A stretch of 64,000 nucleotides of DNA, taken from the NCBI RefSeq assembly GCF_032444005.1, contig NC_091285.1, positions 23,498,001-23,562,000 of the forward strand, in the 5' to 3' direction. Below are positions 49,001 to 60,915 of the stretch, piece by piece (positions within the stretch are counted from its first letter, which is position 1; each line of letters starts with the position of its first letter). This DNA comes from Ranitomeya imitator. Taxonomy: Eukaryota. A program made the position numbers and the translations under genes. The notes under the pieces are model-generated. The model was given only the letters and a program-made list of their open reading frames with translations. It ran no database searches and had not been told where the DNA came from.

Positions 49001-49885
49001 TAGCGCTAAACATGTTGCACTAACGCAATGTGACCCTAGCCTTATCTACTGTATATAGAGGTGTTATCAGTCATTGTACAGGAGGAGGAGGTGAGCTGTG
49101 ACATCAACTATTGTGAATGGTGGATCCTGTGTTATCTACTGTATATAGAGGTGTTATCAGTCATTGTACAGGAGGAGGAGGTGAGCTGTGATATCACCTA
49201 TTGTGATTGGTGGGTCCTGTGTTATCTACTGTATATAGAGGTGTTATCAGTCATTGTACAGGAGGAGGAGGTGAGCTGTGATATCACCTATTGTGAATGG
49301 TGGATCCTGTGTTATCTACTGTATATAGAGGTGTTATCAGTCATTGTACAGGAGGAGGAGGTGAGCTGTGATATCACCTATTGTGAATGGTGGATCCTGT
49401 GTTATCTACTGTATATAGAGGTGTTATCAGTCATTGTACAGGAGGAGGAGGTGAGCTGTGATATCACCTATTGTGATTGGTGGGTCCTGTGTTATCTACT
49501 GTATATAGAGGTGTTATCAGTCATTGTACAGGAGGAGGAGGTGAGCTGTGATATCACCTATTGTGAATGGTGGATCCTGTGTTATCTACTGTATATAGAG
49601 GTGTTATCAGTCATTGTACAGGAGGAGGAGGTGAGCTGTGATATCACCTATTGTGAATGGTGGATCCTGTGTTATCTACTGTATATAGAGGTGTTATCAG
49701 TCATTGTACAGGAGGAGGGGGAGGTGAGCTGTGACATCACCTATTGTGAATGGTGGATCCTGTGTTATCTACTGTATATAGAGGTGTTATCAGTCATTGT
49801 ACAGGAGGAGGGGGAGGTGAGCTGTGACATCACCTATTGTGAATGGTGGATCCTGTGTTATCTACTGTATATAGAGGTGTTATCA
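46061..49885 (+). repeat. 90-bp tandem array (87/93-bp variants), about 38 copies
   Basis: Unit gtgaatggtggatcctgtgttatctactgtatatagaggtgttatcagtcattgtacaggaggaggaggtgagctgtgacatcacctatt. Confidence 0.97.
48690..49041. mobile_element. PIF/Harbinger-type MITE inserted in the 90-bp array
   Basis: TTA target duplication (48687-48689 and 49042-49044); TIR ggctgggttcccattgcgtta / taacgcaatgtgaccctagcc. Confidence 0.92.
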
Positions 49886-50186
49886 TTGTACTTTTTGATC
49901 AGAATAGTGGTAACTAATCTTCCTTTGTATTTTACATTCACTATTATTATTATTATTTATTTATTACGGGGTATTTGTTCATCTTGTTTTGATCTTAGGT
50001 TCTTGGTGACTTCAGGGACATGATGGTTTGTAATAACAGCTGTGATCCCATGGGAGGGAGGCACGTTAGATCGTTACTATGGGACCCCCTGATTTCCATG
50101 TACACCCCTGATCGGTGCCAATTGTTTATCACCTCTAGTTTTGTGTCTGGGCTGCCGTCAGCAGCCACTCCCCTAGAGCAGATTTA

Positions 50187-51095
50187 GGCCATGTTCACAC
50201 CATCCTTTTTTTCATGCGGAATCGCCGCGATTTTCCCGCTGCGGGTCCGCAGCTGTTTTCCATGCAGGGTACATTACAATGTACCCTATGGAAAACAGGA
50301 ACTGCTGTGCCCACATTGCGGAAAATCCCGAAAAAAGCCGCGCTGAATAGCCGCGGTAAAAAAGAAGTACCATGTCACTTCTTTTTGCGGAACTGCAGCG
50401 GTTCTGCACCCATTGACATCCAATGTGAGGTCAAACCCGCAGTAAAACCCGCAGATGAGAAAAAATATCTGCGGGTTTTCTGCGGTTTGTGGTGCAGAAC
50501 CGCTGCAGTGTGGCTGCCCCCCCGTGCCCCAGTCCCACCCCCCCATGCTCCGACCCCCCCCCCCCCCCCGTGCTCCGACGCCCGCCCCCCCCCCCCTCCG
50601 TGCCCTAATCCCCCCCCTTATACTTACCCGGCTTCCCGGTGTTCGTCCGGCCGTCTTCTTTCCTGGGCGCCGCCATCTTGCAAAATGGCGGGCGCATGCG
50701 CAGTGCGCCCGCCGAATCTGCCGGCCGGCAGATTCGTTCCAAAGTGCATTTTGATCACTGAGATGTAACCTATCTCAGTGATCAAAATAAAAAAAAATAG
50801 TAAATGACCCCCCCCCCCCCCCTTTGTCACCCCCATAGGTAGGGACAATAAAAAAATAAATAATTTTTTTTTTCCCCCCTACTAAGGTTAAAATAGGGTT
50901 AGGGGTAGGGTTAGGGTGTTTTCAGCCATTTTAACCCTAAAAAACTTCCTAGAAAACACACAGACTCTGCATAGAAAACTGCATCAAAAAACGCATCAAA
51001 AAACGCACCAAAAAAAGACCTGCGTTTTCTGCCAAGAGCTGCGGTTTTTAGTCCTGAAAAAAAAGGAGGGAAATCAGGAACGTGTGAACATAGCC
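50187..51095. mobile_element. PIF/Harbinger-type MITE (909 bp)
   Basis: TTA|ggccatgttcacac ... gtgtgaacatagcc|TTA. Confidence 0.85.
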
Positions 51096-51344
51096 TTACA
51101 GTTTATTGCTGTTATTGCTGTGAATGGGAGCTGTATATGTGGTGAGCGCCCCACAGTGAGTGCTATGTTGTTTTGTGCACTGTTCGCATTGTTTATGTGG
51201 CCACTTTCGGGGAATATCAAAGTTGGATGACTTGAGGATACGGAAGACGAGTTTTATTTTTGGTTGTTTTTTATGATGTTACTGTTCCTTTAATTTACTC
51301 AGCAGAACCTCATAGATTTATCAACTTTTGTCTTTGTTTCACTG

Positions 51345-51486
51345 AACAACCAATCACATCCCTGCTTTTATAGTGCGTCTGACAAAGCAATTTATACTGA
51401 GTGACCAATCATAGCGCAGCTTTTATAGTGCGCCTGAAAAAGAAATGAAAGCAAATTAACCAATCACAGCACAGGTTATAAGTGCG

Positions 51487-51517
<31 letters not shown>

Positions 51518-51672
51518 TGAAAGGTGAGCAACGAATCACAGGACAGCTTTTATAGTTGGCGTGAAAGATGAAAGCTGAGCAACCAATCACAGCGCAGCTT
51601 TTCTCGTGTGCTTGACTGAGCAACCAATCACAGCGCAGCTTGAAAAATAAAACCTGCGCTATGATTGGTTGC
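51345..51672 (+). promoter_or_regulatory. CCAAT-box cluster upstream of YARS2, plus a YY1-like aagATGGCGGC overlapping the start codon
   Basis: CCAAT at 51350, 51405, 51460, 51583 and 51624, and reverse ATTGG at 51664; function inferred from motifs and position only. Confidence 0.5.
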
Positions 51673-51755
51673 TACAGGCACCAAAAGACAATTTTCATAA
51701 GACTGCCCCATTAGTCAGCTGACTCTTTTCCCATCAGCCACCTCCCTGAAACAAG

Positions 51756-52486
51756 ATGGCGGCGCCCATCAGACACGCTCTCCTGTCACTCTCCCGTCTT
51801 TCCCGGCCCCGTGTGCGCGGTCTGTCCAGTCTATCTGACCCTCTAGTGTCCGGGACACGCCGGGGCCTTTTTAAGGATGTGTTCCCGGCTGAGAGCGCCG
51901 AGCTGCATCTCCAGGAGCTCCTGTCCTCCGGCCCTCAGACCGTATACTGCGGCTTTGACCCCACGGCGGACTCGCTCCACGTGGGGAATCTCCTGGCCGT
52001 GCTGGGCCTCCTCCACTTTCACCGGGCCGGGCACCATGTCATCGCTGTGGTCGGAGGGGCCACTGCCCAGATCGGGGACCCCAGCGGGCGTCACCAGGAG
52101 AGGGCGCCCCTGAGCCCGGAGCAGCTGGCGGAGAACGTGCGGGGGATCCGGGACTCGCTGCACCGCATCTTCTCCAACCACGAGGGGCCGGTGCGGGCCG
52201 GCGGGCGGGTGACGGTGCTGGATAACGCCGCCTGGTACCGGCAGCGCTCGGCCGTGGACTTCCTGGCATCGGTGGGCAGACACTTCCGGATGGGCACCCT
52301 GCTGAGCAGGCACAGTGTGCAGAGCCGCCTGAGCTCCGCGGAGGGCATGAGCCTGGCAGAGTTCACCTACCAGGTGTTCCAGGCCTATGACTTCTACTAC
52401 CTGCACCAGAAACATGGCTGCAAGATCCAGCTGGGCGGCACCGACCAACTGGGCAACCTCATGTCCGGGCACGACTTCATCCAGAG
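51756..52486 (+). CDS. YARS2: YARS2 exon 1 coding part (731 nt), CpG-rich
   Basis: ORF 51756.. matches YARS2 up to HDFIQR; donor AG|GTGCGG. Confidence 0.95.
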
Positions 52487-55038
52487 GTGCGGGCACCAGA
52501 AAGGGGCATCTGATCTGTAGCCCCCTACAGGAATGGGGCACTAGAGAGGGGCTTCTGTCTACCCCCTCTAGGAATGGGGCATCAGATCTTTACCCCCACT
52601 AGGAATGGGGCACCAGAAAGGGGCATTTGTCTACCCCCTCTAGCAATGAGGTACCAGAAAGGGGCATCTATCTACCCCCCCCTAGGAATGGGGCACCAGA
52701 AAGGGGCATCTATCTACCCGCTCTAGGAATGGGGCACCAAAAAGGGACATCTGATCTTTACCTTCTCTAGGAATGGGGCACCACAGAGGGGCATCTGATC
52801 TCTACCCTCCCTACAGGAATGGGGCACCAGAAATGGGCATCTGTCTACCCACTCTAGGAATGGGGCACCAGAAATGGGCATCTGTCTACCCACTCTAGGA
52901 ATGGGGCACCAGAAAGGGGCATCTGATCTCTACCCCCTACAGGAATGGGGCACCAGAAAGGGGCATCTGATCTCTACCCCCTACAGGAATGGGGCACCAG
53001 AGAGGATTGATGTGACCTCCGGTCGTTTACTGATGGGTCTCCATGGATGTCACGTCAGTATTCCTATGAAGCCGAGCCACTGGCTGGACTTCAATGGAGG
53101 CGATCATTTTAGCCTGCAAGCTATAGGTTTTGCATAACAATTGCGTGGATGGCCAGTCCTTGTATCATCCTCACAGTCTCTGGCGTCGTGCTCCTGCGCA
53201 GGCTCCGTGTAAGGTCAAAGAGCCCCGGCATTATAGAAATGCTGTATATCTGCCCTGAGTACTTCAGATTGGCCAAACCTGGTGACTGACACTGTATAGG
53301 TACCGTAAAGCAAATGCTGCAAAGCAACGTACCCTAAAATGGTATATATAAACTGCAGCTCCTCACATGGCTCCAAACATGGAAAAATAAAGTTCTGGGT
53401 CTCCGAAAAGATATTTATTGCACTAAGCACAGGAACCTGATTCCTCACAAATGTAGTTATGTTTGTTCTCCCGCAGGGGATCCACATTGTGAACATGCCC
53501 ATAAGGATAGTCTCCACACTCCTGCAGGAATTAGAAACCTGCTGCTGCGGATATATAGATAAAGGCCGTTCTCTGGGGTGTGATCTATGTGGTCGGGATT
53601 ATATATTGACCCTCTGTCTTTACACAGGACCACAGGAGAAGACGTGTTCGGGATCCTGTTGCCGCTTATCACAAGCACCACCGGAGATAAGCTGGGCAAG
53701 TCTGCCGGAAACGCCGTATGGCTGAACCGAGAGCGGACGTCACCGTTTGAGTTCTACCAGTACTTTGTACGGCAGCAAGATGGCAACGTGGAGAGGTGAT
53801 GTGCAATATTAGGACAGGGGGTGTGAGTAAGATTTATAATCAGGGATTGAAAAGGAGACCACGTAGAGGGAATGTCGCTCCCTTCAGGAGGCGAGGGGCG
53901 CTAATGACGTCTGCACATCCCTCCATGATACCTGCCGCTCCGGTATGTGCAGACACGTCGTCAGTGCCGCTCGCCTACCGATGCCGGAGTAAGCAGTGCT
54001 GCACAACTAAGCCAGTTCTACACATCCAGCATTTATGGGCCACGTACAGACCACCATGTCCAGACCAGCCACGGGTCTCCCGCTGAAACCTCAGATGCAC
54101 ACACAGGTGTGAACGGAGCCTTAGTGTATTAATATACAAAATAGACCTGGATGGTCGGTCACCGTTCTTGTTACCAATGGATCCCCTGTGTATTTATGGT
54201 TTTTTTTTGTTTTTTTTCTTAGGTTCCTAAAACTTTTCACTTTCCTCCCCCTGCCGGAGATTGCACACATTATGGAACAACACGCCAAGGAGCCGGAGAA
54301 ACGGATACCCCAGAAGAGACTGGCAGCAGAGGTGACAAAGCTCGTCCATGGCAAAGAAGGACTGGAGTCAGCCAAGAGGTGAGGTGTCAGCCCATTATCA
54401 TCAAAGCAGGTGCCTCCGTCCATCGCTCCAGGTCTCATGCGTCCATTGCTCTTATGGGGCATAGAAAGATGCCAAAAGAAAAGCCTCCTATTTAGAAAAT
54501 GTGTTTATTTTATTGCATGGCTGTAATATCCATATTCTCCACTAGGTGCACGCAGGCTCTGTATCACAGCAGCATTGACGCTTTGGCAGCCATGTCTGAT
54601 CAAGAACTGCAGGAACTCTTCCAGGGAGCCCCTTTTGCTGAATTTTTGCTTGAACCTGGCACTAGAGTGCTGGACGCCTGTCTGAAAGTGTCGGCTATTC
54701 CAGAAGGGGTCCGTGGGTGGGTATTCTAATGTTTGCAAGTCAAAAAGTAGACCGGTTGATGTGGTTTTTAATGCAAAAAAGGAGGAATGTTACTGCTGGG
54801 GTGACGGGCACGGAGTAGGTCTATCGTGTGGAAAATATGGGGGAGAGACCCTCTAACTGAATGTCCTTTACCCTGCAGCTTTGACATACTGAGCGGCGGG
54901 GGCGTAAGCTTCAACCACATGAGAGTGACAAACCCAGACGAGGTTCTGGTGGTCGGCCAGCACATCCTCAGCAACGGGCTGTCCCTCATCAAGGTCGGCA
55001 AGAAGAACGTCTACGTGGTGAAGTGGCTGAGCCTGTGA
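51756..55038 (+). CDS. YARS2: Mitochondrial tyrosyl-tRNA synthetase, complete 5-exon CDS (1386 nt, 461 aa)
   Basis: Exons 51756-52486, 53628-53795, 54223-54378, 54546-54716, 54879-55038. Arg/Ser/Leu-rich N-terminal presequence; class I motifs [15 protein letters not shown] (HIGH) and KLGKS (KMSKS); [10 protein letters not shown]; C-terminal S4-like tail ending [12 protein letters not shown]. Confidence 0.97.
52487..52998 (+). repeat. ~39-47-bp G-rich minisatellite at the start of YARS2 intron 1
   Basis: About 12 copies of ctaggaatggggcaccagaaaggggcatctgatctctacccc. Confidence 0.9.
53628..53795 (+). CDS. YARS2: YARS2 exon 2 (168 nt)
   Basis: [33 protein letters not shown]...NVER. Confidence 0.95.
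54223..54378 (+). CDS. YARS2: YARS2 exon 3 (156 nt)
   Basis: [17 protein letters not shown]...GLESAKR. Confidence 0.95.
54546..54716 (+). CDS. YARS2: YARS2 exon 4 (171 nt)
   Basis: [21 protein letters not shown]...AIPEGVRG. Confidence 0.94.
54879..55038 (+). CDS. YARS2: YARS2 exon 5 coding part (160 nt)
   Basis: [19 protein letters not shown]...KWLSL*. Confidence 0.94.
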
Positions 55039-55108
55039 CGGCTGGCGCTGAGGCGGACGATACTCTCACTAAGTGAGAAGGGCTCTGTGATATGGGACAA
55101 GGACTTTT

Positions 55109-55114
55109 AATAAA
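55109..55114 (+). terminator. Probable YARS2 polyadenylation signal
   Basis: AATAAA 70 nt after the stop codon, followed by a U/GU-rich stretch. Confidence 0.6.
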
Positions 55115-55173
55115 TAACTGTATCAGTTGGGTATTACACTACTTCTCGTGTCTGTTCTTTCCTCCCCTTACAG

Positions 55174-55211
<38 letters not shown>

Positions 55212-55813
55212 GAGGTCTCCTTTACATGAAACCAGGCACAGATAGCTAAAATGCTTCTACATGTTTGTGTGGGGGTCCATCCTTGTCCTGGGACCCCTAC
55301 TGATCACTCAAACCACTGTGCAAAAGTACACAGTGATGTACAGTCCCATAAACTTTCCCTTTAGTGCTGCTTCTCAGTTGTTTGAGCGATTGGTAGGGGT
55401 ATAGGGTCCCATTAGGACTTTTTTTTTTTTTTTTTTTTACCACTGACACTATTGGTAGGTCCTGTTAAAAAAAAAAACAAGAACAACGATACCTGTCTTG
55501 TAGTAATCCCATGCACCAGCACTGAGAAATGTAGCTTTGACCCTTATGCAAATTATCTTGAAAGTGCATTGAGGGTGTGTCAATAGACACCGTGCGCCTA
55601 ACGCACTTCCAGGCTTATTTACATGTTATTTCAAAGCTCAATTTCTCGGCGTTGGCACATCAGATTACTACAAGACAGGTATGGTTTTTTATTGTTTCAC
55701 TAGGTCCTATCCATCGGGACCACTAGTTTCAATGATGGAATCTTCCTGGCAGGTTCCTTTAAGGATCTCCAACCTATAAAAGAAAAGTTTCGAATTTTCT
55801 ACATTGCAAGATT

Positions 55814-55845
55814 TTTATTTTTTGTATCTAGAATTCCCCTTTATT
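55814..55845 (-). terminator. Candidate CDPF1 polyadenylation signals
   Basis: Two minus-strand AATAAA (55814-55819 and 55840-55845), 145-175 nt past the stop; convergent with the YARS2 3' end about 700 bp away. Confidence 0.45.
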
Positions 55846-55988
55846 CTTTCTGATGGTGCACGGAATGAGCGTTGTATGTTCTCTTTCCATTCTGTCAGGC
55901 ATGAAGTCCCTTCTATGACAGATAAGGGTGAGATGTCTTGTATAAATGGCGGCTGCTCGTCCTCCTGTGCAGTCAGTGGCGCCGTAGT

Positions 55989-56105
55989 TCATTTAGTCTG
56001 GGTCTTCCTCTTATCCAGGTCCTGCTGAATCTCGGGAGGAAAAGCCGCCTTGTTCTTGGTGACGCAGGGGAGGCAGAATCTCTTGGAGTAGAAGAGGCTG
56101 CAGTC
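55989..56105 (-). CDS. CDPF1: CDPF1 last coding exon (117 nt)
   Basis: DCSLFYSKRFCLPCVTKNKAAFPPEIQQDLDKRKTQTK*. Confidence 0.94.
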   Translation of the reverse strand, partial: DCSLFYSKRFCLPCVTKNKAAFPPEIQQDLDKRKTQTK

Positions 56106-59100
56106 CTAAAGTCGGGCAGAGGAGACAGTGTCGGGATGAATGAAGTCTTGTAGGAGGGGGGGGGGGCAGAGCGGCAACTGGTTTAAGGATTTTTTTGGGG
56201 AAAAAAAATTTTACAGAAGATTACTGCTGCGTCTCCACAAGAGAAGGAGACCCGTCCTGGCAGAATCTGTAATAATTCACAAAATGTTGCTTTTTTATAT
56301 GCAGATTTTATTGTTAAATCGGTCCCAAAACCCATGTAAATCCTTATTGTGTGAACAGACCCCAAAATGGCAGAACTAGACGTGGATTACATTTGCTAAA
56401 TCTCACACATGTGGTTTTACTATTTTCTGCACAAAATGGTTCTAGATTTGGGTTCAGATCTGCAAATTCCTGGTATTTTTCCTTGGCAATCACGATAGTG
56501 AACCTTGTGGGGAAACTATTTCCTTTTTTTTGTTCTTTTCTAAAGCATCTTGTGTCTTTATTTTGGTCACTCCTATAGCATGTTTTCTGATGGTTTTTGC
56601 CGCTGCTGCTTTTTTGTGGTTCTCACTTTTTTTTTTCTCCTTTTTTGTTTTGTCTTCTACGCCTTTTTTTGTCCTGTCCCCCCTTTTTTGTGCTTACTCC
56701 TTTTTTGTCTTTTTTTATCCTGTCCCCCCTTTTCTCCTTTTTTAATCCTTACTCTTTCTTTTGTCTGTACTCCTTTTTAAACTTTCCTCCCTTTTGTCCT
56801 TACTCCTTTTTTTGCCTTTACTCCTTTTTTTAACCTGTCCCCCTCCCTTTTGTCACTTTTTTTTAACCTGCCCCCCCTCTTTTTTTGTCTTTACTCCTTT
56901 TTTAACCTATCCCCCCTTTTTTGTCGTTACTCTTTTTTTTTGTCCTGACCCCCCTCTTTTGGTCCTGCCTTTTTTTTTTTTTTTTGGGGGTCCTTTCCCC
57001 TTTTTTTGTCCTTACTCCACTTTTTTTTGTCCTGTTCCTTCACCCCCCCCCCCCTTTTTTGTCCTTTTATTTGCCAGAATTATAGATAAAAGAACAGTTT
57101 CCCGATTCATCTTCTGCTAAAAAAAAACCCCTGACTTTTTTGACCACTACAAAAAGATAATGATTCCTTTCATTCAGACAGTTTTTTTTTTTTTTTTTTT
57201 AAGGTATTTGTTTTCTAAGATCAAAAGGTTGCAACAAAAAAAAAAAAAAGCCTTCATCAAAATAAAAGCTAAATAAGGCTCTGCGTGACATCTTTTATCT
57301 TTTTCAGGTGGATTCTGACACAAAAGGGGTAAGATGCCCAAAAAATGCTTAAAAAAAAAAAAAAAAAAAAAGGCGGCATTTTCCTGAATTGTCTTGCTCT
57401 TGGGAATTTCGGCTTAGGCATGCACCCTAAAAACCTTCAAGAAAGGAACATTTCCTGCAGTGGTTTTTACTTGGGAAAAACCTCAGTCTACACAGCGCCT
57501 GATCTGTCCAGGCAGGAAATACATATCTGTTTCGATGCACTCAAGTTTCTGGCCACAACATTTTGCACAGTCACACGTCTGGACCCCGAGAGCGTCATAG
57601 GCTATGTTGTGAGGCGAAATTTTAACCCCGCGCGTTCTAATTCACCAAACAATTTTGCCCCTATCTACATAATGGGAAAAAAGTGAAAGGAAAAGTGTTG
57701 GAGGTAAATTAACAGCTGCCAGATGTGAACAAGGGGGACTTAAAGAATGAGAGCGATGGCGCCAAAGAGTATATACCGTACAGTTGCTAAGGTGGGGCCC
57801 CGACATGGGATACTCACCACACACGGGGATATGAAAACACACACAAAATGCGCCACACACTACCACGTGCTTGAACACATATTACCCTCAGCACACATTT
57901 CACCACACATACACCAACCTCGCCACATAAAAGTCGAAACACAAAAGTAGCCACGCAAAACTCGCCACATGCAAAACTAGGCTCATGCAAAACTCACCTC
58001 ATGGAAAACTCGCCACACGCAAAACTTGCACATGCGGAGAAATTGCCACATGCACGAAAGTTGCAACACATGCAAAAGTTGCCTCACACAAAACTTGCAC
58101 ATATTCAAAACGCACCACACATAAAACTCGCCATGCGCAAAACTTGCTGCACACAACCTGCTACACTAACCTGTCACATGCAACTCGACACACAAAAAGT
58201 TGCTACCCGCATGTCGCCACATGCAACTCAACACACAAACTTGACACATGAAACTCGCCCTAAAACACACACAAGTCTGGTATTATCCTTCAAAAATAAA
58301 AATCTGATTAATAAGCAGACAAACTACAAGAGCAACAAATGTACCATATAGGAAATACGGCAGCTGTCAGTCACATGACCTGTCTATTATGTGTATGTGT
58401 GAGCTAATATATACTGCCAGGGGGAGGGCTTCCTGTTGGCTGGGGATTTATCAGGCTGCCAATTTAGCTTACAAATACTGAGGTAAAAATACTGAGCAAA
58501 TAATGTGTGAACGCGGTCTAATACAGGAGGAGATGACATACAGATATATACTATATACAGGAGGAGATGACACACAGATATATACTATATACAGGAGCAG
58601 ATGACACACAGGTATATACTATATACAGGAGCAGATGACACAGGTATATACTATATACAGGAGGAGCTGACACAGGTATATACTATATACAGGAGGAGAA
58701 GACTTACAGGTATATAAAATATACAGGAGATGACACAGGTATATACTATATACAGGAGGAGATGACACATATATACTATATACAGGGGAGATGACACAGG
58801 TATATATATACTATATACAGGAGGAGAGGACACAGGTATATACTATATACAGGGGAGATGACATACAGGTATATACTATATACAGGAGGAGATGACACAG
58901 GTATATAGAGGACGAGATGACATACAGGTGTATAGTATATACAGAAGAGATGACATACAGGTATATAATATATACAGGAGGAGATGACACATGGGTATAT
59001 ACAATATACAGGAGGAGATGACATACAGCAGGTATATACTATTTACAGGGGAGAGGATATACAGGTATATACTATATACAAGAGAAGACATACAGGTGTA

Positions 59101-60915
59101 TACTATATATAAGGGAGATGACAAACATGTATATACTGAGGTGAAAATGAGGGGTGTGAGGTGAAAATGAAAAGGTGTGAGTGCGAAATGAGGAGTGAGG
59201 GAAAATAATGGAGTGATTGGAAAATGACAGATGTGAGGTCAAAATGACAATTGTTAGGGGGGAATGAGAGGAGTGAGGGGGAAAATAAGAGGAGTGGGGG
59301 AAAATGAGAGGTGTAAGGGAGAAAATGAGAGGCATGATGGGAAAATAAGAGACGTGAGGTGCTATAACTAACCACAGATATTTACTATGCCCAGGCAACG
59401 CCGGGCTCTTCAGCTAGTATATATATAATTTTATAGCCACATTTTCTCCACCATAATAGGTTACTCTGCCTGTGTTGCCCATAGCAACCAATCACGAAGC
59501 AGCTTTCATTTCACCAGAGCTGTTTAACAGATGAAAGCTGAGCTGTGATTGGTTGCTACGAGCAACCGTTTTCCTTGTAAACAGTGGTGATAGCTGAGGC
59601 CTACTATTCTTATCCTTTCTATGGTGTTATCATTCTTCTGTAGAGCTGGAAATAGCACAATTTATTACCGTGCCGACACAGACCACCCGCTGACACAGAC
59701 TGCAGGGGGAGCCCAGAATCAGGAACTTCTCTTTGTCCGGCATGAAGGGATCCCTCGTAACATAGCATTCCTCCAGGAGGCTGTAACAAAATGGGAAATC
59801 AGTGCACACATTAGATAAATAAGATGTAACATAGGAACGTGTTGGCCTACTGTTCACTTATAGGGGTTGGTAACACTTTTTGTTAGAAAATATCCATAAA
59901 AATAAACTGATTATCGGGTATTCTTCCCCCCACCAATCATCTGTGTGGGAATGAACTGTGTGGTTTGCCTACAGCACTCCCGCAGGCGAAGAGAAGAATT
60001 ACACCACTTCAATTTTAATCTGGGAATGAACTGTGTGCTTTGCCTACAGCACTACCGCAGGCGAAGAGAGGAATTACACCATTTCAATCAATGTCCGGTC
60101 TTCCATAGCAAGAGATAGCCCTCGTGGCCACATCGGCTAACTAATGATGAGGTTCCATCACTAAGTCAGTACCTGACAGCCCCTAATGTCACGGCATCGG
60201 CCGCCAAAAATGCCTAAAAGGTGATTAAATTGTCATGTGTCCATAAATCGTGGCAATCAAAGCTACAGCTCGCTACGTAAGAACAAGCTCCACCTCACAC
60301 ATCTACATTTATGGAAAAATCGAAAAGTTACGGATCTTGACAAATGCCGATTTTTTTTATTTTACAAAGTTAAGACGTTTTTTTTTAAGCCTTTAGAATA
60401 ATTTAAAAAAAAAACATAAGTTTGGTATCTCTGGAAAAATCATGATAACTGGTAATTTATTTATTTTTTTAACATAAAATGAAAGGGAAAGAAAAAAAAA
60501 AAAGGCAAAATAAAAGTATTTTTAACCGTTTCACCACACTTGAATTTTTTCTCCATTTTTTTAACTATTTCCATAATTCCTGCCTTGCTGTGTAAATTAA
60601 TTTGCAGCTGTAAAAGAAATAAATTGGAAACCATCAGCAAGTTGCTGCCCTATCTAACCTTAGTTGGGAACGTCCTAGACAGTCACACTCCTCTATAATA
60701 ACACAGATAGAGCCATAGTAACTGTAAAGCAGCAACTAGCCTGCTTGTTGATGGTTTCCAGGTAATATGGAGGTGAAATGTTTGCTGATCGCATTTACTT
60801 ACATGATGGATTGTGTATTTGGTGGTTTCTGGCCAAAGTAAGAATACGGGACGGATAGCCTGCAGAGCTGACATTCAAATATTCCTTGTGGATTTTGGGA
60901 TTCATCAAGGTCCAT
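55989..60915 (-). CDS. CDPF1: Cysteine-rich DPF motif domain-containing protein 1, 3 coding exons (342 nt, 113 aa)
   Basis: Exons 60803-60915, 59669-59780, 55989-56105 join in frame: MDLDESQNPQGIFECQLCRLSVPYSYFGQKPPNTQSIILLEECYVTRDPFMPDKEKFLILGSPCSLCQRVVCVGTDCSLFYSKRFCLPCVTKNKAAFPPEIQQDLDKRKTQTK*. The DPF motif and Cys pattern match CDPF1 as recalled. Confidence 0.94.
56620..57070. repeat. CT-rich low-complexity repeat
   Basis: ttttttgtcctgtcccccc variants. Confidence 0.7.
57552..59417 (+). mobile_element. Non-autonomous Helitron, 5' end not seen, in a CDPF1 intron
   Basis: 3' end gcccaggcaacgccgggc hairpin then tcttcagCTAG|T at 59414-59418; internal aaaactcgccacatgc repeats (57950-58260) and a 31-34-bp minisatellite (58530-59135). 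Left boundary approximate. Confidence 0.75.
59481..59560. mobile_element. Short hairpin MITE remnant
   Basis: tagcaaccaatcac..agctttcat ... atgaaagct..gtgattggttgcta inverted pair. Confidence 0.6.
59669..59780 (-). CDS. CDPF1: CDPF1 second coding exon (112 nt)
   Basis: LLEECYVTRDPFMPDKEKFLILGSPCSLCQRVVCVGT. Confidence 0.94.
60803..60915 (-). CDS. CDPF1: CDPF1 first coding exon (113 nt)
   Basis: ATG directly after acceptor tttctatttccAG; donor GTAAGT. Confidence 0.92.

Noticed and set aside
46218-50023. Long ORFs of up to 472 aa (CDITYCEWWILCYLLYIEVLSVIVQEEEVS repeats)
   Set aside because: Translation of a 90-bp satellite. The unit is a multiple of 3 and indels fall in a GGA run; the frame is broken by stops, a shift near 46850 and a MITE. 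No start context or splice structure.
51843-52541. 232-aa antisense ORF over YARS2 exon 1
   Set aside because: Expected shadow of a GC-rich coding exon; no recognisable motifs.
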